Positions 1 to 8,069 of a stretch of DNA of 12,317 nucleotides are shown piece by piece. Under the pieces are notes generated by a model. It made no database searches. It saw nothing but the letters and a program-made list of their open reading frames with translations, and was not told the origin of the DNA. The stretch's first letter is position 1, and each line of letters begins with the position of its first letter. This stretch comes from an uncultured Clostridia bacterium. Its GTDB lineage: Bacteria > Bacillota > Clostridia > Christensenellales > Aristaeellaceae. The stretch is from the NCBI GenBank assembly GCA_937907055.1, contig CALCTW010000086.1, forward strand, positions 1 through 12,317, given 5' to 3'. Made by a program: the position numbers and the translations under genes.

Positions 1-1907
<1,907 letters not shown>

Positions 1908-1996
1908 GGTTTTCTCCTTTTATAATGGGCATGGAAAGCAGGGAACGCTTTCCGGGGGAAGGGGGAATCTGAACTCCATACCATATCTGCCGCAAA

Positions 1997-2028
1997 GTAA
2001 AAACCGCGTGCCTTTACAGACAAGCGGT
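1997..2028 (-). terminator. riboswitch expression-platform terminator in the metK leader
   Basis: The minus strand reads ACCGCTTG-(10 nt loop)-CACGCGGT (one mismatch) followed by TTTTTACTTT. It lies between the SAM-I aptamer and the metK RBS. Confidence 0.6.
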
Positions 2029-2045
2029 GATCATTGATGCATTGC

Positions 2046-2148
2046 GCCTTATCTGCCGGTGTTGCCACCGCCGGAATTAGCACCTTGCGCTTGCGCGCCG
2101 GTTGCCGGGCTTCACAGGGCCGTTCCCTCTGCCACTCTTGATAAGGTA
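2046..2148 (-). promoter_or_regulatory. SAM-I (S-box) riboswitch aptamer controlling metK
   Basis: The minus strand reads CTTATCAAGAGTGGCAGAGGGAACGGCCCTGTGAAGCCCGGCAACCGGCGCGCAAGCGCAAGGTGCTAATTCCGGCGGTGGCAACACCGGCAGATAAG. It matches the conserved S-box blocks (YTTATCAAGAG.GG..GAGGGA..GGCCC..TGAA.CCCGGCAACC...GGTGCTAATTCC...AGATAAG), with P1 closing CTTATC/GATAAG. Confidence 0.9.
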
Positions 2149-2164
2149 TTCAGTTCGATGCACT

Positions 2165-2193
2165 ATTATAATGACGGAAGGGAAGCGTGTCAA
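2165..2193 (-). promoter_or_regulatory. consensus sigma-A promoter for the metK leader (TTGACA-17-TATAAT)
   Basis: The minus strand has TTGACA (2193-2188), exactly 17 nt, then TATAAT (2170-2165). This places the TSS a few nt upstream of the riboswitch P1. Confidence 0.75.
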
Positions 2194-2252
2194 GGCGTTT
2201 GGGAATGTTTTTTGAGATACGGAAATGCACGGCGCGGCGTACCGCCGCGTGG

Positions 2253-2282
2253 TTGACGATTATCATATGATCATGGTAAAAT
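2253..2282 (+). promoter_or_regulatory. candidate promoter for the first DUF6273 gene (TTGACG-18-TAAAAT)
   Basis: TTGACG at 2253-2258, an 18 nt spacer, TAAAAT at 2277-2282. It is divergent from the metK promoter. Confidence 0.5.
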
Positions 2283-2314
2283 CATGAAAAACGGAGACCA
2301 AAGGGGTGACGAAA

Positions 2315-3331
2315 ATGGCATTGATCAGATGCCCGGAATGCGGAAGACAGATCAGTGATGACGCCGCGATGTGTATGGGCTGCGGAAAGCCGATGGAGAA
2401 GATTCGCGAGCAACTGGCAGCAGAAAAGGCGGAAGCGGAGAAGCTGAAGGCGGAAAAGGAAGCGGCGCGCCTGCAGGCGGAGAAAGAAAAGGCAGAAAAA
2501 GCGGCGAATAAGCCCGCGAACGGGAAAAAGCCGATCGGGCTGTTCATCGCATTGGCGGCGGTCATCGCGGTGATCGCCGTGGTGATGGTGATCGTATCGG
2601 GAACGGGCAAGGTGAAGGTCAATTTCACGAAAGCGGATGTAGTGGTCGGAAACATCATCACTTTCGGCACGTATGAACAGGATAATGATACCGTCAACGG
2701 CAAGGAACCGGTCGAATGGCTGGTGTTGGACGTGGATAAGAGCAAGAATCGCGCTTTGGTGATCAGCCGGTACGGACTGGACGCGCACCGATTTGATGTA
2801 AGTACATATCAGGGCTGGGATAAGAGCGAGATCCGCAGCTGGCTGAACAGCACATTCCTGAACAACGCGTTTACCGCAGAGGAGCAGAAGGCAATCGCGA
2901 CAACAACGGTAAAGACCGGTAATAATGATGAATGGGTGGCATTCGCGAAAAAGATGAGCTTGTTTTATAACAGCGTAAGCGGCGGATCAGATACACAGGA
3001 CAAGGTGTTCCTGCTAAGTCTTGAGGAAGCTATGGAATATGGTGGATACAGCACGCTGGAGAACTTCTATATCAATAAAGCTGATAAGATGAAGGCTACT
3101 CCGACAAAGTACGCGGTAGCTCAGGAGGCGTATCAGTACAATGACAGCGATAGCAGCTACAAGCTGAACGGCACAGGGTGCTGCTGGTGGTGGCTGCGTT
3201 CGCCTGGCTACCACTGTTACCTCGCGTCCTATGTCGGCCCCGGCGGCAGCCTCTACGGCAACGACGTGCGCAGCACACATGGTTCTGTTCGGCCAGCATT
3301 CTGGCTTAATCTGGATTCTATCATCCCTTAA
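2315..3331 (+). CDS. zinc-ribbon / coiled-coil / single-TM / extracytoplasmic DUF6273-type domain protein
   Basis: The N-terminus is MALIRCPECGRQISDDAAMCMGCGKP (CxxC...CxxC zinc ribbon). It is followed by a KAEKE-rich charged stretch, the TM segment IGLFIALAAVIAVIAVVMVIV, and a domain with FGTYEQDNDTVNGKEPVEWLVLD, ALVISRYGLD, SEIRSWLNSTFLNNAFTAEEQ, DKVFLLSLEEA, CCWWWLRSPG and VRPAFWLNL. From memory these match the DUF6273 family. An alternative GTG start at 2306 is the one shown in the ORF track. Confidence 0.85.
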   Translation: MALIRCPECGRQISDDAAMCMGCGKPMEKIREQLAAEKAEAEKLKAEKEAARLQAEKEKAEKAANKPANGKKPIGLFIALAAVIAVIAVVMVIVSGTGKVKVNFTKADVVVGNIITFGTYEQDNDTVNGKEPVEWLVLDVDKSKNRALVISRYGLDAHRFDVSTYQGWDKSEIRSWLNSTFLNNAFTAEEQKAIATTTVKTGNNDEWVAFAKKMSLFYNSVSGGSDTQDKVFLLSLEEAMEYGGYSTLENFYINKADKMKATPTKYAVAQEAYQYNDSDSSYKLNGTGCCWWWLRSPGYHCYLASYVGPGGSLYGNDVRSTHGSVRPAFWLNLDSIIP

Positions 3332-3480
3332 TCAAAGAGAGCGAAGCGAACGGAAACTAATATAAAGTAGTCGGCCTTTGCAGTGAAAACTCAGCGATGC
3401 ATATGAACTGTGGTAAGCCGATGAAAGGATTCACAAATGGTTGACAGAGCAACAGTCGGGAGCAGAGAAACAGAAAAGAG

Positions 3481-4212
3481 GTGAATATGCCTGTGAAAAG
3501 GAAAGAACCGATCGGACTGTTCATCGCGCTGGCGGCGGTCATCGCGGTGATCGCCGTGGTGATTGTGCTTGTTGTACCCGGAGGGGGCGAGGAGAATGTT
3601 GGCAGTATTATCACCTTCGGCGCGTATGAGCAGGACAATGATCTGACAAATGGCAAGGAACCGATCGAGTGGATCGTGCTGGATATGGATAAAAAATCGA
3701 ACCGTGCGCTGGTGATCAGCCGGTATGGACTGGACGCGCGCGCGTATCAGTCGGGTGATTGGGATACGCAGTATCCCACTTGGGAAAAGAGTGAGATCCG
3801 CGAATGGCTGAACAACGATTTTCTGAGCGCGGCGTTTACGGCGGAAGAGCAGAAGGGAATCGTGATCCAAAGGATCAGTACGCCTGTCTTTTATGGAAAT
3901 ATCGGCGGTGTGGACACGTAGGACAAGATATGGCTTTTGAGCCGAGATGAGGCAACGACATATTTCAAAAATGATGAAGCGAGGAAGGCGACACCTACGA
4001 GATATGCTGTAGCACGGGGTGCTTATCAGGATAGCAGCAACAAGTTGAACAACACAGAGTGCTGCTGGTGGTTGTTGCGCTCGCCCGGTGACTACAGTGA
4101 CCTTACTTCCATCGTTCTCGGTGGCGGCAGTCTTGGTGGTCTCCATGTGAACGGCACGCTCGGAGCAGTTCGTCCGACATTCTGGCTTGATCTGGGCGCT
4201 GTTATCCCTTAA
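3481..4212 (+). pseudogene. tandem paralog of the 2315-3331 gene, interrupted by an in-frame TAG (3919-3921); TM + DUF6273-type domain with a decayed zinc-ribbon relic upstream
   Basis: ORFs 3481-3921 and 3937-4212 are in the same frame. Read together they are colinear with the upstream gene: GGVDT*DKIWLLSRDEA versus GGSDTQDKVFLLSLEEA. The C-terminal part keeps CCWWLLRSPG and VRPTFWLDL. ATG at 3487 has an AAGAGG RBS. Upstream, in the same frame, is the relic AMHMNCGKPMKGFTNG* (3394-3444), with TGA at 3442-3444. Confidence 0.75.
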
Positions 4213-4283
4213 TGGAGAATAGGAAAAAGTGAGGGCGCAGAGGCGCTGATCTGTCTTTGAGGGGTTTTACAAAAAAGCATCAT

Positions 4284-4319
4284 ACACCGGTAAAGCGATC
4301 GGCTTTGCCGGTGTTTTTT
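4284..4319 (+). terminator. strong intrinsic terminator after the tandem DUF6273 pair
   Basis: ACACCGGTAAAGC-(5 nt loop)-GCTTTGCCGGTGT forms a 13 bp stem with one G.U pair, followed by TTTTT. Confidence 0.85.
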
Positions 4320-4391
4320 GATAAAAGTCCCTTCTTCGGAGGAGGATGAACCGGGCTTTGCGCGGCCGCGGAGGTTTTGCCGTGCTTTTGA

Positions 4392-4420
4392 TTGACTTTA
4401 CGGGCTGCAACGGGTAGAAT
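4392..4420 (+). promoter_or_regulatory. candidate promoter for the DUF6273-like::CapA gene (TTGACT-17-TAGAAT)
   Basis: TTGACT at 4392-4397, a 17 nt spacer, TAGAAT at 4415-4420. A GGGGAGG RBS precedes the ATG at 4451. Confidence 0.6.
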
Positions 4421-4450
4421 GATAAGGATGCTGATCGGGGAGGACGCGCG

Positions 4451-6406
4451 ATGATTTTCAGGGATCGAGGAAAGAAAAACGCCATTCTTTTTATTTTGCT
4501 TCTGCTGCTGCCGCTCTGCGCGGGCGCTGCTTTCGCGGAGGCGGAGCTGAACGGCTATAACGCGGATACAAAAAAGTATGAGTATGTGCAGCTGGGCACT
4601 TATCCGTATGAGAAGGACGGGACCGAAAGACCTGTTCTGTGGCGTGTGCTGAGCGTGAAAAACGGTCAGGCCACGCTGATGACGGAATATATCATCGATA
4701 CCAGTCAGGTGATCTTTGAGACCAATCAGAAAGTGATCGAAAACCGTACCTTCCGCCGCATCGACCGGTATGAGGACAGCGACATGTGCGACTGGCTGAC
4801 GAATACTGTGACGCCCCGGATGATGGGAGAGGATCCCATTCAGAACGCCATGCTGACACCGCGCGAGGGTCAGGGCAAGGTGTATCTGTTCAATACGACC
4901 GATATGACCACCACGGATTACGGCTTTACTGCCGGATTCTACGGGGAAAACTGGCAGCACCGCGCGCGCTGCGCGGTGGGTACGCCCTACGCGGCAAAAA
5001 TGCGCAACCTGTATGTGGACGCCAGCGGCTATTCCACCTACTGGATCGGCGAGCTGCACAGCGGCACGCAGGGCTATAAGCTGTGGATCGTGGGCTATAA
5101 CGGACATATCAGCGCGGGCGTTTACACCCGTGTGAATATCGGCGTCCGTCCCGTGACCACGCTGGATATGGCGCAGATCGAGATCACCGGCGGCAGCGGC
5201 ACGATGGAGGACCCCTACACGCTGGGTTATACCGGCAGCGCGGCTACCGCGGCGCCGGAACCGGCAATGAACGCCGCGGCCCCCGAAGGAACGGAAGAGG
5301 CGCTGCCCGCGGATGATGAGAATGCCGCGGAACAGCAGGAAGATGATAACAGCGCTGCTTCTGATAATAATGAAGAAATCACCGAAAACGACGCGGAAAC
5401 TGTGACGCCCGCCCCCATCGAAAAAGAAGAGGGCAGCATCGTGATCTCCCTGTTGGGGGATTGCTCCATCGGCGACAGCGGACAGTTTGTGGGCGCGAAC
5501 CCCAGTTATCACCGCAGCGTGGATGAAAACGGCTACGCGTGGCCGTTCTCGACCGTGATCGATTATCTGGCCGCGGATGACCTGACAGTGGCCAATCTGG
5601 AGGTGGTGTTCACCACCCGCACCCGGCATGAGGATAAAATGTATTACCTGCGGGCGGATCGGGATCATGTGAACATCCTGCTGGAGGGCAGCATCGAAGC
5701 GGTGAATACCGTGAATAACCACTGCCAGGATTTTATGGAGGGCGGTTATCTGGATACGCTGGAGGTGCTGGACGAGGCCGGGATCGACCATTTCGGGACC
5801 ATCCGCAATCTGTCGGATCTGACGCTCGCAAAGGATATCAACGGCATCCGCGTGGGCTTTGTGGGCTTCAGCTATCCGGCGATCGAAAACAACTTTAATG
5901 TGATCAGCAAGAAGATCAGCACCCTGAAGGAAACGGAAGGCTGCGAGATCGTGATCGTATCGCTGCACTGGGGGCGCGAGACCCATACCACACCCGAGCT
6001 CTGGCAGCAGGAATACGCCAAGCGGCTGATCGACGCCGGCGCGGATGTCATCTGGGGACATCATCCGCATGTGCTGCAGCCGGTGGAATTCTATAAAGGA
6101 AAGATCATTCTCTATTCCACGGGCAATTTCACTTTCGGCACGATCAGCGATCTGGACCCGGCGACGGGCATCTTTCAGATCACAATGAAGCGTGACAGCG
6201 ACGGCAATGCCGTGCTGGACAAGCTGCAGGTGATCGCCTGTGAAACAAGGCGCTCCGGCGATTACCGCCCCAAGGTACTGGAGGGCGAAGCCGCCGCGGC
6301 TGTTTATAAGAAGCTGCAGATGAAAAAGAACACCTCCGGCTGCAAGGGCCTGCCGGCGGAATTCTTTGATACAGGTGTTGTTGACCTCGCTCAGCTCGGC
6401 GAGTAA
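4451..6406 (+). CDS. secreted two-domain protein: divergent DUF6273-like N-terminal domain + acidic linker + CapA/PGA_cap-family metallophosphoesterase-like domain
   Basis: Signal peptide ILFILLLLLPLCAGAAFAEAE. The N-domain has LGTYPYEKDGTERPVLWRVLSV, DWLTN, KVYLFNTTD, YWIGEL and GVRPVTTLD, in the same order as the DUF6273 motifs. An Asp/Glu/Ala-rich linker lies at roughly aa 255-325. The C-domain has LLGDCSIGD, VANLEVV, NNHCQDFMEGGY, VGFVGFS, IVSLHWGRE and LIDAGADVIWGHHPHVLQPVEFYKGKIILYSTGNFTFG, which is the CapA family signature. Confidence 0.85.
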   Translation: MIFRDRGKKNAILFILLLLLPLCAGAAFAEAELNGYNADTKKYEYVQLGTYPYEKDGTERPVLWRVLSVKNGQATLMTEYIIDTSQVIFETNQKVIENRTFRRIDRYEDSDMCDWLTNTVTPRMMGEDPIQNAMLTPREGQGKVYLFNTTDMTTTDYGFTAGFYGENWQHRARCAVGTPYAAKMRNLYVDASGYSTYWIGELHSGTQGYKLWIVGYNGHISAGVYTRVNIGVRPVTTLDMAQIEITGGSGTMEDPYTLGYTGSAATAAPEPAMNAAAPEGTEEALPADDENAAEQQEDDNSAASDNNEEITENDAETVTPAPIEKEEGSIVISLLGDCSIGDSGQFVGANPSYHRSVDENGYAWPFSTVIDYLAADDLTVANLEVVFTTRTRHEDKMYYLRADRDHVNILLEGSIEAVNTVNNHCQDFMEGGYLDTLEVLDEAGIDHFGTIRNLSDLTLAKDINGIRVGFVGFSYPAIENNFNVISKKISTLKETEGCEIVIVSLHWGRETHTTPELWQQEYAKRLIDAGADVIWGHHPHVLQPVEFYKGKIILYSTGNFTFGTISDLDPATGIFQITMKRDSDGNAVLDKLQVIACETRRSGDYRPKVLEGEAAAAVYKKLQMKKNTSGCKGLPAEFFDTGVVDLAQLGE

Positions 6407-6416
6407 ACATAAATAT

Positions 6417-6459
6417 CGTGAGTTCGAGACCTTCCTCACGTAAAACAAAACTAAAGGAG
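6417..6459 (+). promoter_or_regulatory. preQ1-I riboswitch (translational) in front of queT
   Basis: CGUGAG-UUCGAGACCUUC-CUCACG-UAAAACAAAACUAAAGGAG. It has a 6 bp P1, a loop containing CCUU, and an A-rich tail ending in AAGGAG. The loop CCUU can pair with the tail AAGG to close the H-type pseudoknot and bury the SD. Topology and tail resemble the Bacillus and Thermoanaerobacter preQ1-I aptamers. Confidence 0.8.
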
Positions 6460-6469
6460 AACTTGAAAA

Positions 6470-7009
6470 ATGAACAAAAAAGTCCGTCTGGTTGCCTTCG
6501 GCGGGATCACCGCCGCACTCTATGTGGTGCTGACTGTGCTGGCCGCCACCATCAACCTTGCTTCCGGTGCCATCCAGGTGCGTTTCAGTGAAGCGCTGTG
6601 CATCCTGCCCTGCTTCACCCCTGCCGCGGTGCCCGGGCTCGCGGTCGGATGCTTCGTTTCCAATCTGATCACCGGCTGTGATGTGATGGATGTGATCTTC
6701 GGCAGCCTGGCCACGCTGGCCGGTGCCGTGGGCACCTATCTGCTGCGCAGGAACCGCTGGCTGTGCTGCTGGCCGCCTGTGATCGCCAACTGCATCGCGG
6801 TGCCGCTGCTGCTGATCTATGTATACGGCGTGACGGAATACAGTTATATCATGCAGGTGCTCTTCATCTTCGCGGGCGAAACGCTCAGCTGTGTGGTGCT
6901 GGGACAGCTGCTGTACACGGCGATCACCCGCAGTCATCTGGATCATTCCCTGTTCAAGGTGAATGAGATGAACACGAAGGCTGCAAAGGACCGTAAGAAC
7001 GGAAAATAA
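6470..7009 (+). CDS. queT: queuosine-precursor transporter QueT (ECF S-component-like membrane protein)
   Basis: 179 aa and polytopic. ITAALYVVLTVLAATINLASGAIQVRFSEAL and IFGSLATLAGAVGTY match the QueT family (AALYVVLT...YGA.QFRISE). Its position directly behind a preQ1 riboswitch is the classic context. Confidence 0.85.
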   Translation: MNKKVRLVAFGGITAALYVVLTVLAATINLASGAIQVRFSEALCILPCFTPAAVPGLAVGCFVSNLITGCDVMDVIFGSLATLAGAVGTYLLRRNRWLCCWPPVIANCIAVPLLLIYVYGVTEYSYIMQVLFIFAGETLSCVVLGQLLYTAITRSHLDHSLFKVNEMNTKAAKDRKNGK

Positions 7010-7065
7010 ATCATTGTGATCCCGGAGCCCGGATCGGGCTGGATCACATGCTTCGGGATCTGAAC

Positions 7066-7095
7066 GGGCCGTCAGAAATGACGGCCTGTTTTTTT
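7066..7095 (+). terminator. intrinsic terminator after queT
   Basis: GGGCCGTCA-GAAA-TGACGGCC followed by TGTTTTTTT. Confidence 0.85.
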
Positions 7096-7508
7096 GCGCG
7101 AAAACACGAACATTGGGCGTGAAACGAGACGCGGAAGAATGTTATGATGTAACAAACACCGCGCGTGTTACGAAACATAATCTTCATATATTGCTGCGTT
7201 ATATGTATATTTTGTGTTTGATGAGCGACCTTTTTGGACAATTCGCAGATATAACGGTTACATAATAAAGATGCGATAATGCTGTAATGATCCGCAAACG
7301 AGCGCGAATATTATGTTATGTAACTGATGCAATTTTGCGACATTTATCTGAAAATGCATCTGTAAATGTCGGATAAGGTGCAAAAAAGTTCAAAATCTGC
7401 ATCCGGATATGCAAAATAGTGATAACCGTTATGAAGAATATGCAAATGAACAAGAAACACGCGATTACAGACAGAATAAAAAATAATCGGAAAGTTGTAA
7501 TTTTTCTG

Positions 7509-7537
7509 TTGACAAGCGCGTTGTACTGTGCTATTCT
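7509..7537 (+). promoter_or_regulatory. promoter with extended -10 (TTGACA-17-TGcTATTCT) for the small secreted protein gene
   Basis: TTGACA at 7509-7514, a 17 nt spacer ending in TGC, and TATTCT at 7532-7537. Confidence 0.65.
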
Positions 7538-7617
7538 GTTACCGATGAAACATGAATACCTTTCACGGTACGCATGAAACGGGTGTTTCATCAGAAGAAA
7601 CGAGAGGGATGACCATT

Positions 7618-7965
7618 ATGAAAAAGATACTGAAGATCATGGTAGCAGTTGCTCTGCTGATCACGCTTATGTGTTCTGTAGCTGCCTTCGCGGAGCCTTC
7701 CAAGCAGGAGCAGAAGGATCTGAAGAAGATGGTGAATACCGCCAATCAGCAGATCAAGAAGCTGGTCAAGGCCGCGCAGAAGACGCCCGAAGACGATGTG
7801 GCGGAGCTGCTGACCGCGGTCGACAGCATCGTCGCGCCTGTTTTCGCCTATGCCGAACAGATCGGCGCGGAAGTTGTTTGCGAATATGACTACTACAAGA
7901 TCGACGGTCAGACCGTCGCGATCGATCCGCTGAAGGTCATCAACGCCACCCGAATCGATAAATAA
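7618..7965 (+). CDS. small secreted protein of unknown function (about 115 aa)
   Basis: MKKILKIMVAVALLITLMCSVAAFA|EPSKQEQ is a typical Sec signal peptide with an AFA cleavage motif. A GAGGG RBS lies 9 nt upstream of the ATG at 7618. The track ORF starts at 7552, but that ATG has no SD and lies essentially at the predicted TSS. I recognise no family. Confidence 0.7.
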   Translation: MKKILKIMVAVALLITLMCSVAAFAEPSKQEQKDLKKMVNTANQQIKKLVKAAQKTPEDDVAELLTAVDSIVAPVFAYAEQIGAEVVCEYDYYKIDGQTVAIDPLKVINATRIDK

Positions 7966-7993
7966 CTAAAAACTGTAAATATTAAATGTTTAT

Positions 7994-8020
7994 GCCGGCA
8001 TTTACATGCCGGCTTTTTTT
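7994..8020 (+). terminator. intrinsic terminator after the small secreted protein gene
   Basis: GCCGGCAT-TTAC-ATGCCGGC (perfect 8 bp stem) followed by TTTTTTT. Confidence 0.9.
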
Positions 8021-8069
8021 GTGTATAATAAATGCGATTGAAAAAAGATGAAACTCGGGGGAGCGCGGA

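Noticed and set aside
2229-2250. A GC hairpin GCGGCG-TAC-CGCCGC between the divergent metK and DUF6273 promoters, considered as a terminator or operator.
   Set aside because: It has a short stem and no U-tract on either strand, and it lies upstream of both -35 boxes. The evidence for any function is insufficient.
2390-2520. Repetitive GCGGAAAAGGAAGCGG / GAGAAAGAAAAGGC DNA considered as a tandem repeat or CRISPR-like array.
   Set aside because: It is simply the coding sequence of a KAEKE-type charged low-complexity stretch (AEKAEAEKLKAEKEAARLQAEKEKAEKAA) inside the ORF. There is no repeat-spacer periodicity.
3919-3921. TAG as a recoded sense codon (pyrrolysine or Gln-recoding as in some phages).
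   Set aside because: There is only one instance, and no pyl genes or suppressor tRNA are in the window. The same locus carries a second disabling TGA in the relic N-terminus. Ordinary pseudogenisation is the simpler reading. It is kept as an alternative under the finding for this locus.
2263-4146. Minus-strand ORFs 2263-2745, 2282-2788, 3014-3280, 3096-3299, 3357-3656 and 3391-4146 opposite the DUF6273 genes.
   Set aside because: They are antisense to ORFs with clear domain motifs. They have no family resemblance and overlap one another in different frames.
4280-6946. An 888 aa ORF on the minus strand spanning the CapA-fusion gene, the riboswitch gap and most of queT.
   Set aside because: It is a codon-aligned shadow frame. 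Both sense genes start at coordinates congruent to 2 mod 3, as do the antisense codon boundaries. Antisense stops therefore arise only from sense TTA, CTA or TCA codons, which this genome's codon bias avoids. The translation is Arg/Gly/Ala/His-rich low-complexity sequence with no recognisable domain, while the plus-strand products have clear family signatures, RBSs and a riboswitch.
7044-7591. Minus-strand ORFs 7044-7241 (65 aa) and 7316-7591 (91 aa, with a hydrophobic stretch) in the AT-rich spacer.
   Set aside because: AT-rich DNA translates to Phe/Ile/Leu/Lys/Asn-rich pseudo-hydrophobic peptides. The first overlaps the queT terminator, and the second overlaps the plus-strand promoter and the leader of the next gene. 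Neither has an SD. They cannot be fully excluded as small proteins, but nothing supports them.
7552-7617. The N-terminal extension MNTFHGTHETGVSSEETRGMTI of the track ORF 7552-7965.
   Set aside because: The ATG at 7552 has no SD and lies within a few nt of the predicted TSS. The ATG at 7618 has GAGGG at proper spacing and starts a canonical signal peptide.
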